This document shows positions 1 to 9,411 of a stretch of DNA of 64,000 bases, in pieces; the first letter of the stretch is position 1, and each line of letters opens with the position of its first letter. Location: positions 1 through 64,000 of IMG/VR virus record IMGVR_UViG_3300045988_106851; one strand, given 5' to 3'. The notes under the pieces were generated by a model. That model saw only the letters and a program-made list of their open reading frames with translations. It was not told the origin of the DNA and ran no database searches. Origin of the DNA: a virus. The position numbers were made by a program, and so were the translations under genes.

Positions 1-91
1 ACATACATAAGAGATGCAAAATCCTCGGATTATACACATCTAATTGCCGTGTCTATGGATATGTGCGAAGAACTTAACAACAAGAGATAAT

Positions 92-496
92 ATGAAAAGC
101 ATCTACCACATTCACAAGTCATCCAATTCTTATTGGGATAGCCACTGGACTGACACCGATTATTATCTTTGCGACAGCGAGGAAGAATACCAAGAATTGC
201 TGCAAGAGTACCGAAAGAAAAGAGAGGACGTGGAACAACGTTATCGAGCTAACAGACACGACAGTTCAGCGGAATGGTGCTACCTTAACTTCATTTTTCA
301 TCCAGAAGGCAAGATTCATGCGAATGAGTATTATTATGCGCATGAATGGTGTGGCAAGGAGTTCGATGCATTCGGCTTCGGTTGGCACGAGAATTTAGAG
401 AGAAGTTCACATTACAAGTATTTTCTAAAGCCAGGCTCTGTGACCAACGAGAGCGTTAGCTCAGCCGTTGGCAAGTTCACGGGATATGGAAGTTAA
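92..496 (+). CDS. hypothetical protein
   Basis: The track ORF 44-496 opens with TTG; the first in-frame ATG is at 92 (MKSIYHI...). No recognisable motif. Confidence 0.4.
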   Translation: MKSIYHIHKSSNSYWDSHWTDTDYYLCDSEEEYQELLQEYRKKREDVEQRYRANRHDSSAEWCYLNFIFHPEGKIHANEYYYAHEWCGKEFDAFGFGWHENLERSSHYKYFLKPGSVTNESVSSAVGKFTGYGS

Positions 497-505
497 GACA
501 AGAAC

Positions 506-796
506 ATGGTACATACAGGAGCAGGAAAAAGTTTCTTTATCGAAACAAGTAAGGAGATGCCTTACTACATTAAGACATCAACAGGTTGTGAGATTTATAG
601 CAATGACAGGCGATTGCGCATTGTTGCTTCAAAGGTCAAGATTGCCAACGACGAACGCTGCAATATTGCCTACTTCGTGCGCTCTGGCGAACTTTGGGAG
701 ATGGGCAGCAATGGCCTCTATGTAGATAGCTTGGAGAGGTACATTTCCGATTTAAAGAACTCACCCTCTTTTACCAAGGCAACAACAGAGATGTGA
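506..796 (+). CDS. hypothetical protein
   Basis: 96-codon ORF starting with ATG, 10 nt after the previous stop. No motif recognised. Confidence 0.4.
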   Translation: MVHTGAGKSFFIETSKEMPYYIKTSTGCEIYSNDRRLRIVASKVKIANDERCNIAYFVRSGELWEMGSNGLYVDSLERYISDLKNSPSFTKATTEM

Positions 797-861
797 AGAG
801 AGTTAAGCAGGCAACAACGAAAAAAAAAATCTAAAAATTGATTATCATGGAAAATAATGAT

Positions 862-869
862 TACCTTTG
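862..869 (+). promoter_or_regulatory. Bacteroidota-type -7 box candidate (TACCTTTG)
   Basis: Matches TAnnTTTG, 25 nt upstream of the ATG at 894. Confidence 0.35.
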
Positions 870-893
870 TAAAAAATTAACACATGGCACGAT

Positions 894-1673
894 ATGTTAG
901 GAGCAATTATAGGAGATATTGTCGGCTCAAAATATGAGTTCAACAATACGTTCGATTATAACTTTGAAATGTTCAGCGATGGATGTGACTTCACCGACGA
1001 CACCATTTGTACAGTGGCCATAGCCGATGCCATACTGAACAAGCGAAGCTATCAAGAAAGCCTACACGACTGGTGCCGCCGCTACCCTAACCCCAAGGGA
1101 GCATACGGCGGAAGATTCGCAAGGTGGATTCATTCGGCTTGCCCTCAACCATATAACAGTTGGGGCAACGGTGCTGCCATGAGAGTAAGCCCGATAGGTT
1201 GGGCTTTTAATGAGCCACATACCATTATTCGGGAGGCGGTGAATAGTGCCAAGGTATCACACGACCATGTGGAGGGGTTAATCGGTGCGTCCGCCGTCGC
1301 AATGGCAATGTATGAAGCAAAACTGTTTCCAACGGCAAAGAAAGCAAAACCGCACATATCATCAATCACAAGATGGTATTATGGGGATGACTTCAAGAAG
1401 GATCTACCTCGACAAGGGGTATTCGATGAGACTTGCCAAGGGTGCGTACCCCTTGCGTTATACATCATATTGGAGAGCGACGACTTCGAGGATGCCATCC
1501 GAAAGGCTATATCATACGGAGGCGACAGCGATACGCTTGGAGCAATTGTCGGCTCCATAGCGGAACCTTTATTCGGCATACCTCCGTACATGAGAGAAAA
1601 GGCTCTTGATTACCTCCCGTCAGAAATGTTAGATGTTGTAACTAAATTTGAAAAGAAATATGGCAACAACTAA
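894..1673 (+). CDS. ADP-ribosylglycohydrolase family protein (ARH/DraG-like)
   Basis: N-terminal GAIIGDIVGSKYEF and C-terminal GGDSDTLGAIVGSIAE match the two metal-binding signature segments of ADP-ribosylglycohydrolases. 259 aa. Confidence 0.85.
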   Translation: MLGAIIGDIVGSKYEFNNTFDYNFEMFSDGCDFTDDTICTVAIADAILNKRSYQESLHDWCRRYPNPKGAYGGRFARWIHSACPQPYNSWGNGAAMRVSPIGWAFNEPHTIIREAVNSAKVSHDHVEGLIGASAVAMAMYEAKLFPTAKKAKPHISSITRWYYGDDFKKDLPRQGVFDETCQGCVPLALYIILESDDFEDAIRKAISYGGDSDTLGAIVGSIAEPLFGIPPYMREKALDYLPSEMLDVVTKFEKKYGNN

Positions 1674-1986
1674 GAAAGACTTACTTCCTTTCTGCCGATA
1701 TTACAAGGGAGAGAAGGAACGACCGAAAGATGCTCCACTTTGGTGGGGGTATGAAGAAAAATGGGTAGAGCTGTCTGAAAACCCACAAGAAGGTAGTATA
1801 AATTTCAATATGCTTGGCGAGTATATAGATAACTATCTTAGAGCAGGATTAAGAACATTTGAGCAAATGGACGATACTCCAGCTACCTTAAAAGCATTGC
1901 TATTTGACCGACATACTCATTTCGGTGGTGATGCCGAGAGCTTCAAAACATGGTACGAGAATGAATACAAAAAGGGCAAGGATTAA
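1660..1986 (+). CDS. hypothetical protein
   Basis: The ATG at 1660 (MATTKKDLL) overlaps the end of the ARH gene, suggesting co-transcription. No motif recognised. Confidence 0.5.
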   Translation: MATTKKDLLPFCRYYKGEKERPKDAPLWWGYEEKWVELSENPQEGSINFNMLGEYIDNYLRAGLRTFEQMDDTPATLKALLFDRHTHFGGDAESFKTWYENEYKKGKD

Positions 1987-2005
1987 TTTCCTTGCCCTTT
2001 ATTTT
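1972..2005. terminator. bidirectional intrinsic terminator between convergent genes
   Basis: 11-bp stem AAGGGCAAGGA / TCCTTGCCCTT with loop TTAAT(T), flanked by A-rich and T-rich runs. Lies between the + gene ending at 1986 and the - gene ending at 2007. Confidence 0.6.
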
Positions 2006-2006
2006 A

Positions 2007-5000
2007 TTATGGGGTATTTGCGATAGGTGTAGGCTGGTCGATAACCTCAATATCAACAAACCATCTATATGCACCATTGTTATATTTGCGCTCAACCTTT
2101 AATATACGGAATTTTGTTCCTCGTTGTAAGATAACCTCCAATTCTTTTGTGCTTCCAAAATGGTGCGCTCCACTTTTTCCATCCCAGTTATATCCGTCTG
2201 AACGGAGACTGCCAAACCTTGAATAAGGTTCAGCATAGATGCCCTTTGTTCCTTTAGGGCAATAAATGTTATATACAAATGAAGAGATAACATCTTTTTC
2301 GCCGTCTCCAACAAATCCATAGCCCTTTGTGTGAGCTGTTGACATAAAAGGCTTATTTGTTCCCTCTTTGCCTATAACTTGTGAAAGGTCTGTTGTTATC
2401 AAACTCTTTTCTTTTGTAGCAAGTTGATTTTTTAAGTCGGAAATCTCTGTATTCAATTTACTTATAAGACTTTTGTCGGATGCGAATTTTAGTCTATGTT
2501 CCTTGTCGCTAATTTCATTTGCTATCATTTCGCACGTCCTCTCTATATCGTAATCATAATCGAGGTTCACGCCGAACTGAGCACTAAACTCTCCTAAGCT
2601 ACCACCTCTATTAAGCCATACATCACGTGTGAATGGTTTGGATTCGTCAATCATTTTTGAGAGGGTATTTATATCCTTCCAACTATCTCTGACTTCGTTA
2701 TGTACACCATATTTCTTACTATAATAAGTTGTGTAGCAAGGTTCGTTGATATATGAACTTCCACTTGTGTAGTTAAAAGCAACCTCTTTCTCATTCTGAG
2801 ACCATCGTTTCCAATCAGCCTCGGCAAAAGGTCTAAAGTAATCGTCGGCAACATCAGGGTTTCTTGCCCAAAGTGCAGCATCTTTCCTTGCTTTAGAGTA
2901 AGCATCAGCATCGAAAGGAATAGAGCCACTTTTTTTGTTAGTCGCTCTTTTTAGCTTTATATCAATGAGAGACTGCTTCTTTTGCATCGTCTCAGCAAGC
3001 AGTTTGTCGGCGAGGTCTTTATCCTGTGCGATAATCGCATTGTTGAGGTCATAGACGAGCTTGTGATATATCTTGCTCTGTGTCTTATAGCCCTTTACAT
3101 CGCCATAGGCTTTATTGATATTCACCCAATCAATCGCCGTATTTACCTCATCGAGCTTTTTGAGATATGCCGCTTGCGATACCTCCCAAGTGGCATACTT
3201 CTGCTGAACTCCGTGCATATTTCCACCAAGGAAATCAACCGCCTCAAATTGCAATTTGCTTGCTTGCTTTTCAAGCGTCAAGCTTTGCCATTGAGCCAAC
3301 TTCGCTTCTACGGCATCATATACTCCGTGCAACTCTTGTGAAGAGAACAGCTTATGCCATTTATTGACATCAGGGATGAGAGCGGAAAGCGAAGCCTCGT
3401 CCATCTGTATCGCCTTGATGCTCTTTGCAAGCGTTTTCGCTGCCTCTCTTGCCTTCGCATAGTCAGCCGCCTGTAATAATGCCTGGACGTAAGAAAAGTC
3501 CGTCTCGCCGTATTGCTGAGCGGTTTTCAGCACATTCATTGCTACCTTACGGTCAGTCCACAAGAGCTTCGTCTCATAGCCTTGCTTGAAGCGATTGAAT
3601 ACCTGCATCACCTCATCACTGCTCTTCTTGTCAGCTATCGCATAGCGGATTGCGAAGTATCGCTTGTGGAGTGCTTCGCTTTTAATATTAGTAATAGCCT
3701 GTCCTTCGAGCAAATCTTTCGCCATGCCATAATAGTAATTACGACGATAATTATTCCATCGAGACTGTATCTTGTCAATCTGCTCCTGCGTGCGTTGGAT
3801 GTGGCGAGCCTTTGCTTTCTCCAATATTTCATCCTTGCGAGAAATCGCGTTTAAGCCCATTTGCGCGCGATTTTCGGTGCTTAAAAGCCCTGTCCAGTAC
3901 TTTGTGTTATCTCGCAAATGCCACGCCAATTTTCCGCTCTTACCAGCGGTAACGATGGCATCGGTATTGTCTCTTATATATTGTTTAAACTCGTCGGGTA
4001 CGTCTGTAACGGCAAAGGGCGAGACATAATTACTCATGTCCTCACCTGCCATAAGTCGTTTGTAAAATTGTTTTTTTTCATCGCCTTGCAAAGTAATAGG
4101 GTCGCTCGTGCATCGGCATTGAGGGTGCCAGTTCAGCCAAACAAAATCCTTTGGGTATCTGCCTTGAAGTTCATCGCATATATCATGGTGCTTCTCTGGG
4201 TCATGCTCTGGAGAGACGTGAATCCACTGCCCTATGACAAACGGTTCTTTCCGCCACCTCTCGTTGTGCGCTTTAAGGTATGCGGCGTTTATCTCCGTCC
4301 TCGCCACTCGCAACGCATTCTTGCGTGCCGAACGATACACACCCGTGCCGACCGCCTCCAATGGCTCATCAACAAAACGAACCTTACCGTTAATCACCTT
4401 ACGCTTGTACCATTTGACAACATCCTTTTTCGTGCCGTTCTTTAGCACCTTGACAGTGTGATAACGCCGATACATCATGTCGGGATTATTGAGGTACTGC
4501 CTTAACTTGGAGCCTATCTGTTCTGCCGATTCACCAGCCTTAATTCCATCGGCAAGCACATTAGACATTGCCATTTCAAATTCCCCCTTGCTTTGTTGAC
4601 AATAGTTCCATACAGTCTGCGCGAGGTTCAGCCCTTCCTTGGAATGTAGTCTATTCGCGATAAAAGTCTTGGCCGCCGTTGCCCTTGCCACTTTAAGGGC
4701 GTCATTCGATAATATCGTAAAAGTACCAAGGTCTTCTTTGTCGTGGTTGTAAGCCAGGGTCACTCCGTCCGTGATTCCGTTCTCGTAGCACAGCAGACTG
4801 TTTTGAAAATAATCATTAAAAATATTGTTAAGCCTTGCCTTTAATTTGGGGAAATTGTCAAAATTAAATAAAGCATCGTCATCCAGCACACCCTCATCAT
4901 AACCAAGAGATAACAATCTCTTGATGTAGTCACTATATAGCCTGCCCAACCGCTTGTTATAAACGGCGAACAGATAATTCATTTGTTCTTTCTGCTGTTT

Positions 5001-5021
5001 TGATGTGAGCTTCTTTGACAT
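2007..5021 (-). CDS. minor head protein (SPP1 gp7 / Mu F family) with C-terminal ADP-ribosyltransferase domain
   Basis: Mu-F motif ARTEINAAY...ICDELQGRY...WHPQCRCT in the N-terminal third. The C-terminal part has an R-S-E ART triad: WLNRGG, FMSTAHTKG and STKELEVILQRG (ExE). Sits directly downstream of the portal gene. Confidence 0.85.
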   Translation of the reverse strand: MSKKLTSKQQKEQMNYLFAVYNKRLGRLYSDYIKRLLSLGYDEGVLDDDALFNFDNFPKLKARLNNIFNDYFQNSLLCYENGITDGVTLAYNHDKEDLGTFTILSNDALKVARATAAKTFIANRLHSKEGLNLAQTVWNYCQQSKGEFEMAMSNVLADGIKAGESAEQIGSKLRQYLNNPDMMYRRYHTVKVLKNGTKKDVVKWYKRKVINGKVRFVDEPLEAVGTGVYRSARKNALRVARTEINAAYLKAHNERWRKEPFVIGQWIHVSPEHDPEKHHDICDELQGRYPKDFVWLNWHPQCRCTSDPITLQGDEKKQFYKRLMAGEDMSNYVSPFAVTDVPDEFKQYIRDNTDAIVTAGKSGKLAWHLRDNTKYWTGLLSTENRAQMGLNAISRKDEILEKAKARHIQRTQEQIDKIQSRWNNYRRNYYYGMAKDLLEGQAITNIKSEALHKRYFAIRYAIADKKSSDEVMQVFNRFKQGYETKLLWTDRKVAMNVLKTAQQYGETDFSYVQALLQAADYAKAREAAKTLAKSIKAIQMDEASLSALIPDVNKWHKLFSSQELHGVYDAVEAKLAQWQSLTLEKQASKLQFEAVDFLGGNMHGVQQKYATWEVSQAAYLKKLDEVNTAIDWVNINKAYGDVKGYKTQSKIYHKLVYDLNNAIIAQDKDLADKLLAETMQKKQSLIDIKLKRATNKKSGSIPFDADAYSKARKDAALWARNPDVADDYFRPFAEADWKRWSQNEKEVAFNYTSGSSYINEPCYTTYYSKKYGVHNEVRDSWKDINTLSKMIDESKPFTRDVWLNRGGSLGEFSAQFGVNLDYDYDIERTCEMIANEISDKEHRLKFASDKSLISKLNTEISDLKNQLATKEKSLITTDLSQVIGKEGTNKPFMSTAHTKGYGFVGDGEKDVISSFVYNIYCPKGTKGIYAEPYSRFGSLRSDGYNWDGKSGAHHFGSTKELEVILQRGTKFRILKVERKYNNGAYRWFVDIEVIDQPTPIANTP

Positions 5022-5458
5022 TATTTACCTAATAATATTTTTATTTTTTTATCACCTTTAAGTATAGCCGCTGCTGCTCTATGATGACCATCAATTATAT
5101 AAACATTTCCATTACGCTGTACTCCATAAGGAACATCATTTGCATCAAAATTAATAGATGCAATCGTCTTTAGATTATTCGCTCCTATATATTCTTGTGT
5201 TGGGTGTATCTTATCAACCGACACATATTCGTACTTTCCTGTTGGTTTGCTAAATGACGATACAGTTTCTACGCTTGCCCTAACTTTTTCTGATTCCTCT
5301 TTTTGATATTTCTGCTTAAACACATCATTGGTTTTAATCGCCATAGTGCTTGTATTGCCGAATAAAGGAAATGATAATGAATCAATGGTATTGTTAATGG
5401 AAGCCTCTTTATACTTTACGCTATTAATTTTTCTTGTTCCTCCGCTTGCTTTTGCCAT
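5021..5458 (-). CDS. ParB/sulfiredoxin-like nuclease domain protein
   Basis: IHPTQEY...VYIIDGHHRAAAA matches the ParB-N DGHHR signature. Confidence 0.65.
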   Translation of the reverse strand: MAKASGGTRKINSVKYKEASINNTIDSLSFPLFGNTSTMAIKTNDVFKQKYQKEESEKVRASVETVSSFSKPTGKYEYVSVDKIHPTQEYIGANNLKTIASINFDANDVPYGVQRNGNVYIIDGHHRAAAAILKGDKKIKILLGK

Positions 5459-5460
5459 AT

Positions 5461-6984
5461 TTATTCCTCCTCTTCTTCATTTGAAACTGACTGACTTCCA
5501 CTTGCGGCACTACCAAGTCCCGAAAGGGCTGCTTGCTGCGCCAACGCTTCTTCCTGTTCACTCTTCATTTCTTCCTCAACCTTATCAGGGTCATCATTGA
5601 GAGGGTTAAGCTCAATGCTACGCCGCTGCGAGGTTGAAGGATTGCCACCGTTGCTTTGAGTAATAAGTTGCATCAGCTCAACATTATTTTTAGGGATGTA
5701 AGGCTCAAACACAGGCTCGAAGTCAATATCCTCAGCAACGCTTTCGTCTATACCTTTCACATAAGCACCTGTATTGCAGATGCCATTGGCCACGATATTG
5801 CTCCTGCGTGTGAACATCTCCCCATAAAGCTCCGTTTTATTGCCAACTTTCAAAAATGGGTCTGTGAACATTAAGCGAATGGCCGCGCCACTGGTGTTAT
5901 TGCCCAATGTCTTCATATTCTCAAATGAAATATCAGGCGTTTGTGTGAAGGAGAAGATAATATTAAACAGATAAGCAATCTCGCCCTTCACCGACTCTGG
6001 CGAGTGGTCCCAAGACAGGACGCTCATGTGCGTTTCCTTGCCGCCTTGGAATACCGCGCCCTGCTCGCCTTTCTCGGCGAAGCCTTCCAAACGCCCTTGT
6101 ATGAAGTATTTAGGCGTGCCGAAATAGTCGTTAGTATCACCCCAATTGGAGATGCACTCCTCCGCACGGTCTGCCGCCCACTGAACGTCTGCCCACTCTG
6201 ATTTGTACTGGTGATAATACACAACAGGTATCTTCGTAAAGCCGTGGGCCTTTACATCAACAAGCGTCCATCCTGAGCCATTGTTGATATACTTATACAC
6301 ATAACGGTCGGTGTATACATCAAAATGAAGTTCAGAATTGCCTTGCTCATCAAAAATATAGTATTCGCGCCCAAAGCCATCCATGCGATGCCAGTCGTTG
6401 AAGTGCGGATATAGCTTGTCGCCATTGGCAGGAGAAAGCAACTGCACACGTATCTCGCCGCCAAGTCGTCCGTTATCGTCCGTGGTCATGTACCACAACT
6501 CCGCTGCCTCACACTGTGAGGAAACGGTGCGAACGAGTTGCTTGTCAAAATACTTCATCTTGTTATCGTGATAGCAATGCATGATGGCATCATAAAGCAG
6601 TTGTTGCTTTCCGTCAAGCGACTTCACATCCACACCATGCGAATTAGCCTTATATGTCACGGCATTGGTAAGCAAGAAACCGACAAGCCTCTCTACGATA
6701 ATATACTGTATGGGCAGAGCTATCCTTACCCTGTCAACTAACACCGTCTTGTAGATTACCTGTCCCGTGATGGGGTCTTTTTGGTCGGTGGGGACTTTTA
6801 TTCGCTTTTTTTTACGCTTATCGATGTCAAACACGTCATGCTTGTATGGATCCCATTGGCGCATGAGCGTTTCAAAGTTGTCATGCAGTGGCAATTTGCG
6901 AGCTGTAAGCAATGTATGCACGGTGTTGGCATCATTGCCCGAGAGTATTTCAGTTATATTCCTCATTTTTTGTGGCTTTGCCAC
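5461..6984 (-). CDS. portal protein
   Basis: 507 aa with an acidic C-terminal tail (SNEEEEE). Located between the large terminase and the gp7-like minor head protein. Confidence 0.75.
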   Translation of the reverse strand: MAKPQKMRNITEILSGNDANTVHTLLTARKLPLHDNFETLMRQWDPYKHDVFDIDKRKKKRIKVPTDQKDPITGQVIYKTVLVDRVRIALPIQYIIVERLVGFLLTNAVTYKANSHGVDVKSLDGKQQLLYDAIMHCYHDNKMKYFDKQLVRTVSSQCEAAELWYMTTDDNGRLGGEIRVQLLSPANGDKLYPHFNDWHRMDGFGREYYIFDEQGNSELHFDVYTDRYVYKYINNGSGWTLVDVKAHGFTKIPVVYYHQYKSEWADVQWAADRAEECISNWGDTNDYFGTPKYFIQGRLEGFAEKGEQGAVFQGGKETHMSVLSWDHSPESVKGEIAYLFNIIFSFTQTPDISFENMKTLGNNTSGAAIRLMFTDPFLKVGNKTELYGEMFTRRSNIVANGICNTGAYVKGIDESVAEDIDFEPVFEPYIPKNNVELMQLITQSNGGNPSTSQRRSIELNPLNDDPDKVEEEMKSEQEEALAQQAALSGLGSAASGSQSVSNEEEEE

Positions 6985-7102
6985 AAAGTTATGAAACCAA
7001 CGATACTTTTACGAAATATTCTTAGTTCCTGTGTAAACACCCCAAAAAAAAGAAATTGGATATGTTAAAATTCAAATGGACTGACACAATAATAATTTGC
7101 GC

Positions 7103-7110
7103 TATCTTTG
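7103..7110 (+). promoter_or_regulatory. Bacteroidota-type -7 box candidate (TATCTTTG)
   Basis: Matches TAnnTTTG, 44 nt upstream of the ATG at 7154. Confidence 0.35.
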
Positions 7111-7153
7111 CAGTTACAAAACACAACACAAATAAACCACAATTGCCAAATTT

Positions 7154-7504
7154 ATGAAAGGTTGTTTTTTATCCCTTGCCGTGCTAATCTTTGGGTTCTT
7201 CGCAGTGCTCGCAATTGCAAGAAGCGAGAACGCAGCAGAGACGGAAAAACTGGCGAATATGCCATTGTATGAAAATGTCGAGTATGTTCAAGTTGCCGCT
7301 GGCGATTTGATACAGCAAAGACTTAAAGACCCTGATAGCTACAAGTTTGTGGATATGCAAGAGCAGCCGTCAACAAAACAAGGTGAAAAACTGTTCGTTG
7401 TTACATACAGAGCCAAGAATGGCTTTGGTGGTTATAATGTCGGCGAGGCTTTATTCTCTTGCGATAAAGACAATCTGACTTTACTATCTATAAAAGGACG
7501 ATGA
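7154..7504 (+). CDS. secreted or membrane-anchored small protein (moron candidate)
   Basis: N-terminal hydrophobic signal-like segment MKGCFLSLAVLIFGFFAVLAIA. Opposite strand to the surrounding packaging genes, with its own promoter-like box. Confidence 0.6.
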   Translation: MKGCFLSLAVLIFGFFAVLAIARSENAAETEKLANMPLYENVEYVQVAAGDLIQQRLKDPDSYKFVDMQEQPSTKQGEKLFVVTYRAKNGFGGYNVGEALFSCDKDNLTLLSIKGR

Positions 7505-7516
7505 TATAGTCCTTGA

Positions 7517-7705
7517 CTACCTTTTCCCAATATGCCAATGGTTGCACCCGGGGCAGAGGTAGGCAGAATAGCCTCGTAGTCGCCTCCTTGCGATATACCT
7601 TTGTGCATCCTCCTCGCATGGGAACGCTTGCTTGGCAGTACCCTTGCGGTTGTAGTGGGAGCGTTTGCGATGCTCCCATGGTTGCTTGTCATATATTCGT
7701 TTCAT
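7517..7705 (-). CDS. small zinc-ribbon-like protein (YLCxxCxxWHIG family)
   Basis: The ATG at 7705 (MKRIYDK...) lies 4 nt after the TerL stop. The C-terminal YLCPGCNHWHIGKR is paralogous to the 62484-62711 product. Confidence 0.5.
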   Translation of the reverse strand: MKRIYDKQPWEHRKRSHYNRKGTAKQAFPCEEDAQRYIARRRLRGYSAYLCPGCNHWHIGKR

Positions 7706-7709
7706 AGGC

Positions 7710-8897
7710 TCAGAGGATTCCGAGGATTTCAGACGCGGACATACCGCTGCCGTATGCCCCCAATACCTTCTCAAGTACAACATACCTGCAACCATCTATT
7801 ATATGGTTATACATATCAATCGGCACGTTTAGCCATTTGCCGTCCTTGTCTTGCCGCCAAGTATAGTTATTAAATTCCTTCTTTGCGTTTACGGAACGAT
7901 TAGTTATATGTATAGTATATTCCAACATTTTCATAATGCCAGCCTGAATAGAACCAGGAAATTTCTTAACAGGTTTTATATCAATGCCAGCATTGTATAT
8001 TTCGTCAACTAAGCGAGGGTCGGCAGATTCGGAGATGATTTCAGTATTTTCTTTATCCTCCTTCAATATTCTAATTATATCAGAAGAAAGCATGTGCGTT
8101 TGGTAGCAAACTTCGTCTATGTAAATATCTTTGCCATAAATATATACGTCCACGATTGCAGTCGGGTCTGACGCATAGCCAAAGTCCATCGCTCGATAAT
8201 GGTGTCTTCGCGCTTCTACTGGTATATAGTCGTCAATGACCACGTTTTTAAATATCAAGCCCTCAACCATTGAGCGCAATCCCAGACCATAGATACGCCA
8301 AAGGCTCGGATTCTTCCATCTAAGGCTCTCAATCTCAGCGATAACCTTTGGTTCAAGGAAAGGGTTATCCTTGTAAGTGGAAATGAACCAATAAGTGCTT
8401 TTTTCCTCATTTACCTGATTAATCCAATGGTCTTCTGAGAAGGAAGGGTTGTAGTCAAGGATAGAGAACTCCGTTGTACGCATCTGTAGCTGCTGCCATT
8501 CGATAAAAGAAAGCTCATTCGCCTCATTTACGAAAAGCACCTTACGCTTAGAACCACGCACCTTCTGCTCATTGTCGGTGGAGAAGAACTCAATCCAAGA
8601 GCCGTTAGGAAAAGAGTAAACGAACTCTGATTTATTCATGCACTTATCATTCCACCAACCAAAGTTGAGCATTATATCCTTGAAGTCACGATAGACAGTT
8701 CGCTTGATGGAAGGCATACCAACACGAATGATGGAAACAGTCGTTCCAGCATGGTTAAAGCAAAGCATACATAGGAACTGCACAACCGAGTAGGTTTTGG
8801 CAGAGCGTGAGCTTCCTTGAAGAGAGCAAGTTGTAAACCCTGCTTCCTTCGCTGCTCTTACCCTCATGTAGTTCTTTGCAAAAAATACGTGTGGCAT
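7710..8897 (-). CDS. terL: terminase large subunit
   Basis: Walker-A-like GSSRSAKTYS, then a nuclease-domain-like C-terminal half ending ...DGCRYVV. The ATG at 8897 (MPHVFF) is 10 nt after the TerS stop. The longer ORF reaching 9041 overlaps TerS. Confidence 0.85.
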   Translation of the reverse strand: MPHVFFAKNYMRVRAAKEAGFTTCSLQGSSRSAKTYSVVQFLCMLCFNHAGTTVSIIRVGMPSIKRTVYRDFKDIMLNFGWWNDKCMNKSEFVYSFPNGSWIEFFSTDNEQKVRGSKRKVLFVNEANELSFIEWQQLQMRTTEFSILDYNPSFSEDHWINQVNEEKSTYWFISTYKDNPFLEPKVIAEIESLRWKNPSLWRIYGLGLRSMVEGLIFKNVVIDDYIPVEARRHHYRAMDFGYASDPTAIVDVYIYGKDIYIDEVCYQTHMLSSDIIRILKEDKENTEIISESADPRLVDEIYNAGIDIKPVKKFPGSIQAGIMKMLEYTIHITNRSVNAKKEFNNYTWRQDKDGKWLNVPIDMYNHIIDGCRYVVLEKVLGAYGSGMSASEILGIL

Positions 8898-8907
8898 CCT
8901 TTCTATT

Positions 8908-9411
8908 TTATACCTCCTTATTTTTATCTGGTTGCGCATCCTTGCGCTCTTTCTCTTTTTGTATCTCCGCAAGGACCTTGTTGTATTCTTCACTATTTGA
9001 TACGAAATGCACCTGCAATGGGTCTTGCTTGATTTGCTCACCCTTGCTCGTGAGGTCTATGCGCTGTGTCTTACCGTAGGCTCTATCAATGATGCGGTCA
9101 AGTACATCAATGCCCTTCTTGTCAAGCACTCCCTTGGCGATGATACGTTGCATCATAGGGCGTGACTTATCGTTCAGCACCGCTTTCAGCTCTTCCTCTG
9201 GCAGTGTCGCAATATACAGAAATGACTCTGCAATAATCTGAGAAGATGGCACTTCGTAGCCTTTCGCCTTCATTTCCTCAATGAACAGCGACATCGTCTT
9301 GGGTCTTGGCGGTTTACCTCTCGGATTACCCGACTGCCCCTTTTTGAATGTTCCTTTTTTGAGGTTCTCAAGTTGTTTTGCTCGTTGTACCTCATTATGT
9401 GACAATGGCAT
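8908..9411 (-). CDS. terS: terminase small subunit candidate
   Basis: Immediately upstream of TerL. Has an N-terminal basic GQSGNPRGKPP motif of the kind seen in small-terminase-like proteins. Confidence 0.6.
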   Translation of the reverse strand: MPLSHNEVQRAKQLENLKKGTFKKGQSGNPRGKPPRPKTMSLFIEEMKAKGYEVPSSQIIAESFLYIATLPEEELKAVLNDKSRPMMQRIIAKGVLDKKGIDVLDRIIDRAYGKTQRIDLTSKGEQIKQDPLQVHFVSNSEEYNKVLAEIQKEKERKDAQPDKNKEV

